DNA of 62,940 nucleotides, the filler included, from Reclinomonas americana ATCC 50394 (lineage: Eukaryota): assembly GCA_048213135.1 (NCBI GenBank). It is 8 parts of 4 records of this genome, joined end to end, with 100 filler letters (N's around TTAATTAATTAA, not from the genome) between each part and the next. Parts side by side here need not be neighbours in the genome. Positions count along the whole stretch, not along the records: positions 1 to 12,319 come from PS015149.1; positions 12,420 to 25,497 come from PS015149.1; 6 more parts are not named here. One strand, 5' to 3'. Shown here piece by piece: positions 1-12,439 of the stretch; the first letter of the stretch is position 1; the number at the start of each line of letters is the position of its first letter. Both the position numbers and the translations under genes were made by a program. The notes under the pieces were generated by a model that saw only the letters and a program-made list of their open reading frames with translations, was not told the DNA's origin and ran no database searches.

Positions 1-1198
1 AGCACGGACACCAGGGCCTGGAAGAGGGAGAAAGGTCGACAATGAGCGATTGGAGGGAGAGGGCGCGGTGAAACGATGAACGAGAGACGCTGCATGGGAG
101 CGAGATTCAGCGACGAAACAGAGTGCGACATGCAGCAGAGAAGGGAGCGTGAGCATTACGACAGTGTCGCTGAGTGCATGTAGGTGACTGCAGAGCGATC
201 GGAAAGATGCGAGATCGCAGACTGAGAACAAGCTACGGCGATCAAGCGATGCGCGCATGTCTGGCAAGTGTACGACGAGAGTGGAGAAGCCGAATGAGAG
301 CTAAACTCAAATCAAACAGAGTGTGACAAGTGGAGAGTGATTGTCAAGCAAGAGTTTGTGGAATGCAAGCATAGGAAGTGTAGTCGCTGAGTGAGAACGA
401 GCCACCACGACGATCAGATGATGCGCGCATGTCTGGCAAGTGTACGACGAGAGTGGAGAAGCCGAGTGAGAACAAAACTCAAATCAAACAAAGTGTGACA
501 AGTGGAGAGTGATTATCAAGCAAGAGTTGGTGGAATGCAAGCATAGGAAGTGCAGTCGCTGAGTGAGAAAGAGCCACCACGACGATCAGATGATGCACGC
601 ATGCCTGGCAAGTGTACGACTAGACGGACGACAGCGGAAAAGCCGAGTGAGAACACGAATCAGCGACCAAACAGAGAGTGACTAGTGGAGAGTGGTTGTC
701 AAGCAAGAGTTGGTGGAATGCAAGCGGAGAGAAGCGCAGGCACTGAGTAAGAACGAGCCACGACGATCGGACGATGCTCGCAAGTAGGAAAGAAGACGGA
801 GAAGAGTGACAGTCGCAGGAGTGTGGGGCATAAATGCGGCAAGAGCGTGATCGCCGAGTGAGACAGAGATCCAACAACTAAACTAAGTGTGACGAGTGGA
901 AGCGTGGTCGCTGAACATTGGCATCACGACAACAGCATGACACAGAACGCGACTCCGACAGACACACCTCGCCCGAGAGCATGCGCACAAGCGGAGGAGA
1001 CGCCTCATGCGGCGCATTCGATGCCGACGCAGCAGATGCCCCGCCAGCAGCAGCAGTCGCTTGAGCAGAAGCAGCAGCAGCAGAGGCAGTAGCGGGAGAA
1101 GACACAGGCAGCTCTGCGTCCTCAAAGTCCACATCATCTCCGTCATAGTCACTGTCGCTTCTCACGCGGTCTTGGTTGTCCTCGTCGTCATCATCAGC
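1..1198 (-). CDS. Partial spliced gene, acidic/Ala-rich low-complexity protein (exons 968-1198 and 1-17)
   Basis: Acceptor tgtcacag at 1199-1200, exon ADDDDEDNQDRVRSDSDYDGDDVDFEDAELP...RMLSGE, donor gtgtgt at 967. Next acceptor ctcttccag at 18-20 gives in-frame ALVSV running off the window. Confidence 0.5.
230..900. repeat. Degenerate intronic tandem repeat, ~172-bp unit
   Basis: atgcgcgcatgtctggcaagtgtacgac recurs at ~249, 421 and ~594. Confidence 0.85.
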
Positions 1199-1202
1199 CT
1201 GT

Positions 1203-1203
<1 letters not shown>

Positions 1204-1278
<75 letters not shown>
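1204..1278. repeat. (CA)n microsatellite at contig edge
   Basis: Perfect CA run followed by an N gap. Confidence 0.95.
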
Positions 1279-1392
1279 NNNNNNNNNNNNNNNNNNNNTT
1301 TGGCACGCTGTTTCGAGTTGCGTCTCGGCCAACGAGATGAAAAGGAGTCGTGGAGATTTTGTGCTCACTGTCTTTGTGTGTGTGCGTTGCAG

Positions 1393-4113
1393 GCGTGTTT
1401 CGGCATTGAGTTCTCGTGGGCACTCTTGGTGTTGGACATTATCGCCGACATTGTCATCACCACCGACATTGTGACGCTGTTTTCGCGTCCCTTCCTAGAA
1501 CGCGGCGAGGTGGTGCGAAAGAAGAGTCAAGTGACTCGCAACTATCTCAAGGTTCTTTGTTGGTCGTCATCTTGCTCTTTCTTTTCGTGCCATGCAGCCT
1601 CACGTTCTGTCGATCTCTATTGCAGACGTGGTTCACCACCGACATATTAGCGTGGCTACCGATCGACTACATTGCGCTGGCGTTCGGCTACAATCCCATT
1701 TATCGCATCAACAAGATTCTGCGAGCGCGTCGCCTGCTGTTCTACTTGAACCAGTGGGCCGAGTTTGATCTCATCAAGACCTCGCTGCTTCGCCTCGTGC
1801 GCTTCTTCTTCATCATCATCACCATGGTGCACCTGTTTGCGTGCCTCACGTTTGTGGTGGTGCGCATCGAGGGACCCGACGACGGCGAGGGCTGGTTGGA
1901 TCAGGATGGATTGCTGACGTCGGTGAGTGGTCGTAGCAGAGCGGCGGGTTTGTTGTGTGGGTGATAGTCAGGAGAGAAGTGACGAAGAAAGAGTGTTTTA
2001 TCCCCCTTCCTGCTTGCTTTCTTTCCTGTAGTCGTTTTCTGACCCTCAACCCTTTTACTGCGCTTGATCACTTATTTCACTCTTTGTGTGTCTCCTCGCC
2101 CTCGTCTTTGTCGTTTCTCGCACTCAACCCTTTCACGAACCCTTGACATCACTTCTTTGTGTGACAACACAGTGGTGCTTCTCTTCTCGCCCTCGTCTTT
2201 GTCGTTTCTAATTCTCAACCCTTTTCAAACCCTCGATCTTTGATGATCACTCTCCTAGTGTAACAACAACAGTTGTCTCTCTCCTCGCCCTCGCCTTTGT
2301 CGTTTCTAATCCTCAACCCTTTCAAACCCTCGACCTTTGATGATCACTCTCCTTGTTACAACAACAGTTGTCTCTCTCCTCGCCCTTTTTTCTGTTGTTC
2401 CTGACCCTCAACCTCTTCACGGACCCTTGACCTGGTCACCTTAATCACCATTCCTGTGACACCCTCTTTGTGTCTCTTGTTCCTTTAGCGTTTCTAATCC
2501 TCAACCCTTTTACCGATCTCCATAGTCACCCTCCTTATGTGACTCCCTCCTTGATTTGACTTCTCACCACTTGGGTTGTCTGCGCAGGACCCCGGCTGGC
2601 AGTACATGGTGTCCTTCCTCGTGGCCTTGTCACTGATTACGGGATTCGGCGGGCCGTATCCGGTGACCGAGTTGGAGACCGCCTTTGAATTGCTGGTCGT
2701 CATTCTCGGAGTGGCGGTGTATATCGTGGTCATTGGTACCGTCGGCAGTCTCATTGCCAACATGGACGAGAGTGCGTCGACCTTTCGACGCAAGCTCGAC
2801 ACGGTGAACGACTACATGAAGTACCGCGGCATTCCGTTGCTACTACAACGGCGCGTGCGAAGCTACTACACGTACCTGTGGGACAGTCGGCGCGGTGTGG
2901 ACGAGGCGTCGCTGCTGTCGGATCTGCCCGAGTACCTGCAAGTGGATGTGTCGCTTCATATTAATCGCGACATGATCTCTCAGGTTTGTCTATCGCACGC
3001 ACACGAATGCACACACACCGCCTTTTTCCCAAACTCACACGATGGGCGATTGTGTGCACAGGTGCCCATGTTTGCGGTGGCTCCGGAAAAGTTCCTCGGT
3101 GCCATCCTCATCAAGCTGAAGCCCATTATCGCACTGCCGGAGACGTTTATCATTCGCAAGGGTGAATTCGGCGAGGAAATGTACTTTATCTCGCGCGGCA
3201 CGGTGAGTGTTGTGCGCATGCGGGTGAAGTCTAGTTCTCCCGTACTTACCCACCCACTCGCACGATGCAGGTGAGCGTCGTGATCACGAACCCGCAGGGC
3301 GAGGAGCTGGTGGTGGCTAAACTCGGTGCCGGCAAGTTCTTTGGCGAAATGGCTGTCATGTTTGGTCAACAACGCATGGCCTCCATTCGTGCCGACACGT
3401 ACTGCGACCTGTTCATGCTGACCAAGGCCGATCTCGAGGAAGTGATTGCCGAGTATCCGCGAGAGAGCGAGCCCATTATTCGTGAGGCTCGCGCCCGCAT
3501 GAACATGCCGCCACCGACACCGAAGCGGAAGCGAAGGAAACACCGCGAGAAGAGCAACGGTGACGGGCAGCGGGCGGGTGCAGCAGGAGGCTCTCGCGCC
3601 GCCTCGGCCACTCGCGGACGGCGCATGTCTGTCTCCAAGCCGCCGCCGCCAATGCCGCTGCCCGAGAGGCTGTCCACCAACTCAATACATGGTGCGGCGG
3701 CACAACAGCAGCAGGCAGGAGGAGGAGGAAGCGCTCGAAGCACCAACAGCAATGACACGCCAGCTTCACAAGCGCCGTCACGGCCGCCGTCCGCGCCAAT
3801 ATCGGCGCGGGCAGAGCAAGCTGCGGCTGTTGCGGCGGCGGCGGGCGAAAACGACGACTCGGATCTGGTGGCGGCCGCTGCTCGACAGCACAATCGCTCG
3901 GTGACACCACTAGCACCACCATCGCGTCCGTCGTCCGCCTCCTCGGCGGGAGGAGGCTCGGCTCGTGCAGCTGTCCCTGTGCAGCCGCCAATGCCGGGCA
4001 GTGTGCCGGAACCTGTGCCGTCGGCGCAGACGAACGACGACGAGATCGACGACGATGGCAGCGGAGTGGGGAGTGTCTCGTCAGCATCAGCCGCGCGCGC
4101 AATGCCGGAGTGA
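1393..4113 (+). CDS. Cyclic nucleotide-gated/HCN-like cation channel, 5'-partial (exons 1393-1551, 1626-1922, 2589-2983, 3062-3202, 3271-4113)
   Basis: GT-AG splicing restores S2-S3 (RNYLK|TWFTTDILAWLPIDY), S4 (YRINKILRARRL), pore (LITGFGGPYPVT), S6, C-linker (FRRKLDTVNDYMKYRGIP...YLW) and CNBD (IIRKGEFGEEMYFISRG, FFGEMAV...RMASIRA). Confidence 0.92.
2020..2520. repeat. Degenerate ~90-100-bp tandem repeat in channel intron 1923-2588
   Basis: ctcgccctcg[t/c]ctttgtcgtttct...ctcaaccc recurs at ~2095, ~2186 and ~2284. Confidence 0.8.
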
Positions 4114-4209
4114 GGAGATGCATGAATAGAGATGGGGACGTGGTGGGAGAAAAAGTAACCAATTAATTGTGTCTTGCTAATTATTGTACGTCGTCTTCAT
4201 GTTTATCTC

Positions 4210-6651
4210 CTATTTTTTTGCACTCTCCTCCCACTCCGGTTGCCACGGTTCTCCGGAAGACGCGGCTGCCGGTGCTGCTGCTATTGCTACTGCTGATGAG
4301 GGTGGTGGTGGTGGTGGTGGTGCCTCCCACTCGGCATGCCACTCGGACTCGGTCGGCACCGGCACGTGCGGCTTGGTGGCCCGACTGGCCGGCGAGCGCG
4401 ACAAGATGGTGGCGGCTGCAGGTGCGGTACTAGATGGCGACAGGGAGAACTTGATAGCCGACGGCGACACAGGCTGCAGTGCGACCGGCGCGGATGGTGG
4501 AGGTGGTGGTGGCGGCGCGTGCGCGACGTGTCCCTCCGTGGAGATGGCACGCGGTGGCCAGTGCACCTTGAAGCTGGCCGACGCCGGCAGGTCCTCCAAC
4601 TGGCGCGCCACCACGTCAGCCGGATCGACAAGCTGCTCGCGGTCTTTCGGACGACAGCAGCGACGAATCCAACTGAAGATCTGACTGAAGAAGATGGTGA
4701 CGAGGTAGAAGACCAGCACAAAGGCTGCCAGCACGGCAGCGTAGCGGTACATGAGCTGCGGGCCGAGTTGAGTGTAGAGGTAGCCGCCGAGAAGCTGTGT
4801 TTGATGGAGGAGCGGTGAGGAGAGAGCAGGAGAGGACGGATAGGGGAAGTTGGTGCACACCATTCCCAGAGCACCACCGACTCCCCAGTATGTTCCATTC
4901 ACAATGCCCTGCAGAGTGGCCACCATGTTGGGTGGAGCCAGTCGGTGGGCGTACTGCGTGCAGGCACTCCAGGCGACGCCGAACTGCACATGTGAGCGCG
5001 CGTGGGGGATGAGACGAGAGAGAGAGTGGCGAAGATTGCAGTCTGAGGGGAGATCATGACTCACCGTGATTCCGTGAAGCGGTTCGCTGATAAGCACCTG
5101 TGACAAGGAGTGGGGTCAGAAGTTTGCAGAAGATGGCTCAATACACAGGTGGAACACAAACCATCCACGGGTCGGTGAGTATCGAGTACCAGAAGAAGCG
5201 AGCGACAAAGGCGGCGAGCACGAGGCAAAACACGAGTGGAATCGACTGCAAACGGCAGGCGACTGAAGTCAGCACAGTAGCACATGCTGTGTGAAGTGCG
5301 TCTGCCCCACACACACCAGTCGGCGGATGATGGGGCCGGCGATCCAGAAAAGTGGTGCCTCTGTGAACGCGACAGAGCGAGCAGGGTGAGTATTCTCGCA
5401 CAAGCAATCTCCTTTCCATTCTCCACCCACCTGCCACACACATCACGAGCGTCGCGATGCCCGTGAGCACCACCGGTCCGTGAAGCTCCACGATGAAAAT
5501 GAAGAGGAAGGTGCCGAGAACGCCTTGGAGAGCGCCGAGGACCACGATGATGAAGAGGTTGCGAATCACCAACAGGGAGCACAAGGCGCCGAACACAAGG
5601 CGCAGACGCGAGGCCGCCACTGTCGCCGGCGCAGTGGCCGATGCCTCCACGTCCGTGGCACCGCTGCGGTCGGGTGACGCCGCAGCCGCAGCAGTCGACG
5701 ACGACGACGAGGAGTCATCGACAAGCGCCTGCGGTGCCATGGCATCGACTTCATCGGCGGAGGCGTGGCACCCAAAGTCCAGTCGCGACGCCACAACAAC
5801 GGTGGGCACAGTGAAGCCGAAATACATGTAGAACGCAATGTTGTAGTCGCCGAGAAGGGTGACAAGCAGGCCAGCCACCGGTCCAATGATGCCCCAGCCC
5901 ACCGTGGCCCTGCATGATCGTTAGGCTACGGAAAAATCAGCAGTTCGCGTCATGCGCCCGTGCAACTCACCACGCTCGGTACTTGCCGTAGCTTCCTCTT
6001 CTCGACGGACCCTGCAGTTCGTGCGCACATCAGCACGCGATTTCACTCACTCCGCTTTCACTCGTTCATGGCACAAACCAGCACCGCATACACCAGCGAA
6101 TCCACCAACGAGCTCACCGCCGAGTCAAAGAACTCGGAGCACAAGTAGATGAGCGCCAGCACCACAAACGGCACCTTATCGCCGACCAGGAACAATACTA
6201 CAACCATGCACACACAAGTCAACGAAATGGCATGAGAGAGACAAGGGATAGAGTCGCAACTTGACCGAGCCACAGTCGTCGCAATGATATTCAGCAGCAC
6301 AATCGCCCTATGAGATAGGCGAGAGTTAGGCGTCACAAAAGCGTCGCCTTATCCTTCGCCTAGAAAACACACACACACACCGATGCCGATGCAGCACGTC
6401 GGCTAATGCAGCAAGTGATGGACTTCCTGCACACATAGTCACTCACTCAGTGACACCACTGACTTGAGAGAAATGATGCAGTTTGCCTCTCACCGATAAA
6501 GGTCATGGCAGGTCGGATGGAGCTGCACAAGACGTGTAAGAGACATAAGAGGAGAGTGTGTGAGAGAGAGGCGAACCTGAGTACTCCGATGAGATGCGGA
6601 GGCACTGTTCACAGACAGAGAAAAGCGAATCAGTCGTGCTTCACACACATG

Positions 6652-6682
<31 letters not shown>

Positions 6683-6912
6683 CGCCCAGTGACTGCACAC
6701 ATGCACAAGTCAGTGACTGAGAGTGTGAGGGAAGTACGGAGGAGGGAGGGCGCAACTCTGTTAAAGTAGAGCATGAGAAAGGGTGTGAGTGAGGCACCGC
6801 GCATGGCGTTGAGAAAGTACATCCAGCCGGCGGTGCGAAGAGCGCGTCGGCTGGTCGCCGGTAAGGTCGACAGCGAGGCGGTGCCGGAGTGATCCGCACC
6901 TGCTTTGCTCAT
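4210..6912 (-). CDS. Major facilitator superfamily transporter, MFSD6-like, many short exons
   Basis: Spliced product: PFLMLYFNR|SLGV|PPHLIGVLS|SIRPAMTFIG|GSPSLAALAD, GSYGKYRAW|ATVGWG, SEPLHGIT, ATLQGIVNGTYWGVGGALG. These match MFSD6/MFS_1-like motifs. Confidence 0.85.
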
Positions 6913-7065
6913 CTCTCTCTCGTTTGTTGAAAATGTGATTGGATTTGCGACAAACACGACAGCGCGAAAATAGAATGGGTGGTGACACTTCCTCCCTTTT
7001 TTTCATTGCCCACCATCGATGCAAGCTTCGGAAGCGATAATCCTACTCCTTCTTCCTTGTCAAGC

Positions 7066-7773
7066 TCAATCGTCATCCTCGCCGGTCAGCTCGCACTCCG
7101 AGAGCAGTTTGTCGACCTCGGCGGCACTCATCAATGTGAATTCGACCTTGGCGCCTGGCTTGGTCACGGTGGCGAACTCCAGCTTCTCGCTGGTGAGGCC
7201 GGCCGAGTCAATCGTCTTGCTCATGACCTTGACGGCCAGCTTCTTGCACTCCTCCAGTGACATGCCCTCGTGCCAGTCTTGCTTGAGGATGGAGTTGGCG
7301 CCCTGGTTGTGCGCGCCAATCGAGTGCGCCTTCCAGCCGGCGTAGTTGCCCGACGGATCCGACGACATGAGCTGGAAGCCGTAGTGTCGGTCCCAGCCGG
7401 CGTACAGCAGCGAGACGCCAAACGGCCGCAGACCGCCGTACTGCGTGTAGCCCTGCTTTGTGTCGCAGATTTGCTGAATCAGCTGCTCCACCGGCATCGG
7501 CGCTTGGTATGTGTAGCGGTAGCTGTGTGTGGCAGAATGAGAAAGGGAGAAAAAGGGGAAAGGGAGATAAGTGGGAGGGGGTACGCAACCGCTGTGCGAC
7601 GAGGCGTGTTTGGTTGATGAGGATGTTGGCGTCCGCTGTGATTCCGGCCACGGCGCAGGCGATGTGGTCGTCGATTTGGTACTGCGTGAGGGGGGAGGAG
7701 GGGGTGAGGGGGAGAAGAAGGGGGACGGGGGAAAGGGGGAGGAGAGGGAGGAGAGCATGGAAGAAGCAGGTGG

Positions 7774-7817
<44 letters not shown>

Positions 7818-9356
7818 GAACAGACACACTCAATAAGCGGTACAAACAAGCACGAATACTTGACAAGAGCGACAATAAAGAGCCAGCAAAGGAAGAGAGA
7901 AGTGAATATAGCAGTGCGGAGGAATCGGCAACCGCAAACGTTCCCTGATCGACAAGAGATGCAAGAAGCACACAGTTTTTTACCCAACAACGAGGAGACA
8001 CGAGGGGTGTACGAATGAGGATGAGAGAGTGAGACCATGAGGGAATGCTGCATACTTGGCGACTCGAGAGCGGTCACGTGCAACACGCGATGCAAGAAAT
8101 ATGCACTCCAAGAGGAGCACAGGAGAGAAACGATAGTTGAGCGAAGAAGGATCTCAGAGAGAGAGAGAAGAGAGAGAAGAAGCCAAGAGTCCAGCAAAGG
8201 GAGAGACCACGATGGAAGACTGCAAGCCTGATGAAACACGATGCAAAAACCTCTTGGTCCAACATGCACTCCAACAGAAAAACGAGGAAATATGACGGAA
8301 GAAGGATCAGAGAGAGAGAGAGAGAGAATAAGCCAAGATTCAAGCAAGGGAGAGACCACGGAAGAACCAGGAACAACACACGATGCGCAAACCTCTTGTC
8401 AAACATGCTCTCCAAGAAAACACACGAGAGAAACGACGGGTGAGCGAAGAAAGGGTTTAAAGGAGAGAGAGTTGAACCCCTGAGCAACATGCAATGCAAG
8501 AGCTCTTGTCTTGCCCATCACGTACTTCAAGAAATCACGAAAGGCGAGTCGACGGATGAGTGACAAGTGAGAGAGAGAGAAGAAGAAGAAGAAGAAGAAG
8601 AAGCCCTAAGCAACAGACTGTGCAGGAACCACCTCGCCTTGCCCAACAAGCATCCCAAGAGAAGCAAACAGGGAAGAGGAGAGACTACGAGAGAAGGCTG
8701 CATGCTGACGAACAAGAAGAAGAAGTCAGGGGGAACACCCATGCACGAACATGTTATCCAACATGCACTCCAAGAAAGCACACGAAAGAAACGACGGATG
8801 AGCGAAGAAGGATCAGAGAGAGAGAGAGAGAGAAACGAACCCCTGAGCAACAGACTGTTCAGGAACCGCCTCGCCTTGCCCAACGAGCACCCAACGAGAA
8901 GCGAACAGGGAAGAGGAAGAGACAGATAACGAAGCGTGAAGAACAGGAACACAAAGTCTGCGAGTTATGGAAAACCCGAGCGACAGACAATGCAGGAACC
9001 TGCTCGTCTCGCCCAACGAGAAGATACACGGAACAGGAAGAGAGGATCAGAGAGAAAGAGCAATGAAGAGAGAAGAGGAAACACCATTCGGAGAAGCCTC
9101 CTGGCCTCGCCCAACAAGCACTCCAACAGCAACAAACGAGTGGAGACAAGCGAAAAGCAGGGCAGAAGAACAAACAATCCCTTCCATACAAACGAGGAGG
9201 TACTCACCATCTTCTCCGCGGTTCCCGTGTTATCCAACAGCTCCGACACCACCTTCTTCTCACCCGCCAACACAATTCCATCGCCCGCCAGAATGCCCAC
9301 ACACAAGCCGGCCTCGGAGATCGCAGCCATGGCGTATTCTACCTGGAACAGTCTCC
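7066..9356 (-). CDS. PSMA4: 20S proteasome subunit alpha-3 (alpha type-4); first exon probably in gap 9465-9750
   Basis: GRLFQVEYAMAAI..., YQIDDHIACAVAGITADANILIN, CDTKQGYTQYGGLRPFGVSLLYAGWD, SDPSGNYAGWKA are characteristic of PSMA4/Pre9. Confidence 0.95.
7830..9150. repeat. Degenerate tandem repeats filling the 1.5-kb PSMA4 intron (7682-9207)
   Basis: Recurrent blocks gaagaaggatcagagagagag, aggaacc[a/g]cctcgccttgcccaac and aacatgcactccaa. Confidence 0.75.
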
Positions 9357-9964
9357 CTGGAAAGAGAAGAGAGAGTGAGAGGCAAGAGAGAGAGAAAAAA
9401 AGGGAGAGTGAGAGACCAGCAACAAGAGAGGAGAGAGGAGAGAGGAGAGAGGAGAGAGGAGAGGNNNNNNNNNNNNNNNNNNNNNNNNNNNNNNNNNNNN
9501 NNNNNNNNNNNNNNNNNNNNNNNNNNNNNNNNNNNNNNNNNNNNNNNNNNNNNNNNNNNNNNNNNNNNNNNNNNNNNNNNNNNNNNNNNNNNNNNNNNNN
9601 NNNNNNNNNNNNNNNNNNNNNNNNNNNNNNNNNNNNNNNNNNNNNNNNNNNNNNNNNNNNNNNNNNNNNNNNNNNNNNNNNNNNNNNNNNNNNNNNNNNN
9701 NNNNNNNNNNNNNNNNNNNNNNNNNNNNNNNNNNNNNNNNNNNNNNNNNNTGAGTGAGAGTGTGTGCGCGTGAGAGGAGATGGCGCGAACATCAAACATG
9801 TCGCGCGCGCGCTCGCACAAATACAGGAGACGAAGAACAGAGTGCGTGTGTGTGTGTTCAAGTGAGTACACGTACCATGATGATATGAACGCTCTTCCTG
9901 TGTGAGTGAGAGACGACTTGAGTGACAAATGTGAAATGGAGACCGAATTTGAGGACAACTTTGC

Positions 9965-11734
9965 ATGCAAACATTGTGGCAAAGAGGTGTGTCAGTGTGT
10001 AGAGAGAGAGAGTGAGTGAGTGTGTGAGTGTGTGAGCGAGAGAGTGAAAGAGTGAAAAGAGTGAAAGAGTAATTTAAAAGTGTGTTTTGCGTTGTGTGTG
10101 CTTCTGTGTGTGTCTGTATGCGTGTGAGTGTGTGAGTGTGTGTGTGAGTGTGTGAGCGAGGGAGTGAGAGAGTGAAAAGAGTGCAAGAGTGAGTGAGAGC
10201 ATGAGATACAAGATCTCAATTTGTTGTGTCTTGCTCTGTGTGTGCTTCTGTGTGTGTCTGTGTGCGTGTGAGTGAGTGAGTGTGTGTCTGAGTGTGTGCG
10301 CGAGGGAGTGAGAGAGTGAAAAGAGTGCAAGAGTGACTGTGGAAGAGATACAAGATCTCAATTTGTTGTGGCATGCTCTGTGTGTGCTTCTGTGTGCGTG
10401 TGAGTGAGTGAGTGTGTGCGTGAGTGTGTGCGTGAGGGAGTGAGAGAGTGAAAAGAGTGCAAGAGTGACTGTGGAAGAGATACAAGATCTCAATTTGGTG
10501 TGTCTTGCTCTGTGTGTGCTTCTGTGTGCATGTGAGTGTGTGAGTGTGTGCGTGAGTGTGTGGGCGAGGGAGTGAGAGAGTGAAAAGAGTGCAAGAGTGA
10601 GTGAGAGCATGGAGATACAAGCTCCTTTCTTATTTTTTTCATGTTCAGAGCTGCAGTATACAACGGACTGCGTTGCGTGGAGTCCATCGGAGGCACTGGT
10701 TGCATGCGGATCGTATCAGTTGCTGCGGTGAGCGATCATTTGATCGCCTACGTTGTCAGAGTCTCTCTTTTCTCATGTGTGTCTGAGTAGAGATGAGGGA
10801 GAGGGAGAGAAGCAGCGACGTGTGGGCCAGGTGCGCGCGTGGCGATTGAGTGGCGAGGAGATGTGCTGTCATGAGGTGCCGGATGGTGGCGTGTTTGACA
10901 TGAAATGGTATCCTTTTATTGATCGTACTATCCTCGCCTCTCCGTCGCCGACACTGTCTGGCACACAGGCTTCCCGCCTCGCCGCTCTTCTCCATGGTGC
11001 TCACCGATGGGAGTCTCCGCTGCGGCGATCTGAGCGAGACGGGCTTTGACGAGCGATTGCGTGTCGAGCTCGGTGTCGATGCCATGGCGTTGTATGTGGA
11101 CTGGTCGGCGACGCACTTTGTGGCGAGCTTGTCGACGGGTGCGGTGGTGTATGGGTCGCTGGAGGATGGAGTGCTGCAGCGATGGGACAAGGCGCACTCG
11201 TTGGAGGCGTGGACGTGCACGGTGGATGCGTTTGCGCCGCACTTGGTGTACTCGGGCGCCGACGATGCCTTGTTTCGCATGTGGGATGTGCGCGAGGCCG
11301 GTGCACACTCGCAGCAGCCGGTGTGGACGTGTCGTCTGCATGAGGCCGGCGTGTGCTGCGTGCAGTCGTCTCCGCACCGCGAGTACGTGCTCGCCACCGG
11401 CAGCTACGACGAGCACTTGCGCGTGTGGGATCGGCGGCAGATGCGGCAGCCGACCGCCGACGTGCACTGCGGTGGCGGTGTGTGGCGTGCACAGTGGCAC
11501 CCGCACCCCGACTGCCCCGACACGCTGCTCGCTGCGTGCATGCACGGCGGGTACGCCGTGGTGTGCGGCGATCGCGTGCTGCACGCTGACGCTCTCGCCG
11601 ATCCACTGCACCTGGGGTACGGCGTCGACTGGCGACGTGACGAGAGCGGCGAGCCAACGCGCCAATTCGGCACGTGCTCCTTCTACAATCGACTGTTTCG
11701 CGTGTGCGAGGTGGAGTCGGTGCGCGGGGAATGA
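9965..11734 (+). CDS. DPH7: Diphthine methylesterase, WD40 protein (WDR85)
   Basis: Exon 1 (9965-9986) spliced to 10649 gives MQTLWQRELQYTTDCVAWSP..ACGSYQL. Then GVFDMKW, AHSLEAW, VYSGADD, GVCCVQSSPHREYVLATGSYDEHLRVWD, GGVWRAQWHP, LLAACMHGG, GTCSFYN, closely matching DPH7. Confidence 0.92.
9995..10620. repeat. ~130-145-bp tandem repeat filling DPH7 intron 1
   Basis: gagtgagagagtgaaaagagtgcaagagtga recurs at ~10162, ~10306, ~10438 and ~10570. Confidence 0.9.
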
Positions 11735-12139
11735 CTGACAAGCATGAACGGTTTGCACACAAAGAAGCGTTGCCCTGTGAGTACGATGTTCTGAGACCAC
11801 TGCGTTGCTGCAGATCAAGCTGGATGGCAAACATCATCTCGAATCCCCAAGTCTCTCGGTAGCCGTGAGCATGCAACAGGCAGCCAGCTGCAAGTCGGTG
11901 GAGGGAAGATGACCGCAGCACCATCGTATTGCCAAAAACGACGGATATTGACGATAGCATATAATAATGTATAGAATAATGTATGGCGCGCGCGCGGCAG
12001 GCATAACCATGCACTTGTCTCTGCGCACTACAGTCAGACGCCATGCATGCGACCCCATGCCCGTGACCAATTATCTCCAAAACGCGCGCGTGTGTCCTGA
12101 TTCCCGGCATCGCCAAAACTCTGTATCGCCCCGCACGCC

Positions 12140-12319
12140 ATGGGCTGCCGTTCAAGCTCGCCCACACACAACAACAACTACTCAGTCTCCAATGAACCTC
12201 CACCTCCACCACCACCACCACAGGAGCAAGAGGAACAACCTGCGCCTCCACCACCACTGGTCACCCACGAGCAACTGCTCCCGCCCACTCGCCGCCACGC
12301 CTCTCCTCTCGTGCCTCGC
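12140..12319 (+). CDS. 5' fragment of a Pro-rich protein with a possible N-myristoylation start
   Basis: MGCRSSS...NEPPPPPPPPQEQEEQPAPPPP; open up to the contig end. Confidence 0.35.
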
Positions 12320-12363
12320 NNNNNNNNNNNNNNNNNNNNNNNNNNNNNNNNNNNNNNNNNNNN

Positions 12364-12375
12364 TTAATTAATTAA
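12364..12375. other. Artificial contig spacer TTAATTAATTAA (also at 25542, 36428, 47808, 49039, 57412, 60118)
   Basis: Identical 12-mer with stops in all six frames, embedded in ~44 N on each side at seven places. Confidence 0.97.
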
Positions 12376-12439
12376 NNNNNNNNNNNNNNNNNNNNNNNNN
12401 NNNNNNNNNNNNNNNNNNNGAGAGAGAGAGAGAGCAAGC

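Noticed and set aside
230-900. Intronic tandem repeats as possible CRISPR or ncRNA arrays
   Set aside because: Whole units are degenerate copies with no constant-repeat/unique-spacer structure, in a eukaryotic intron.
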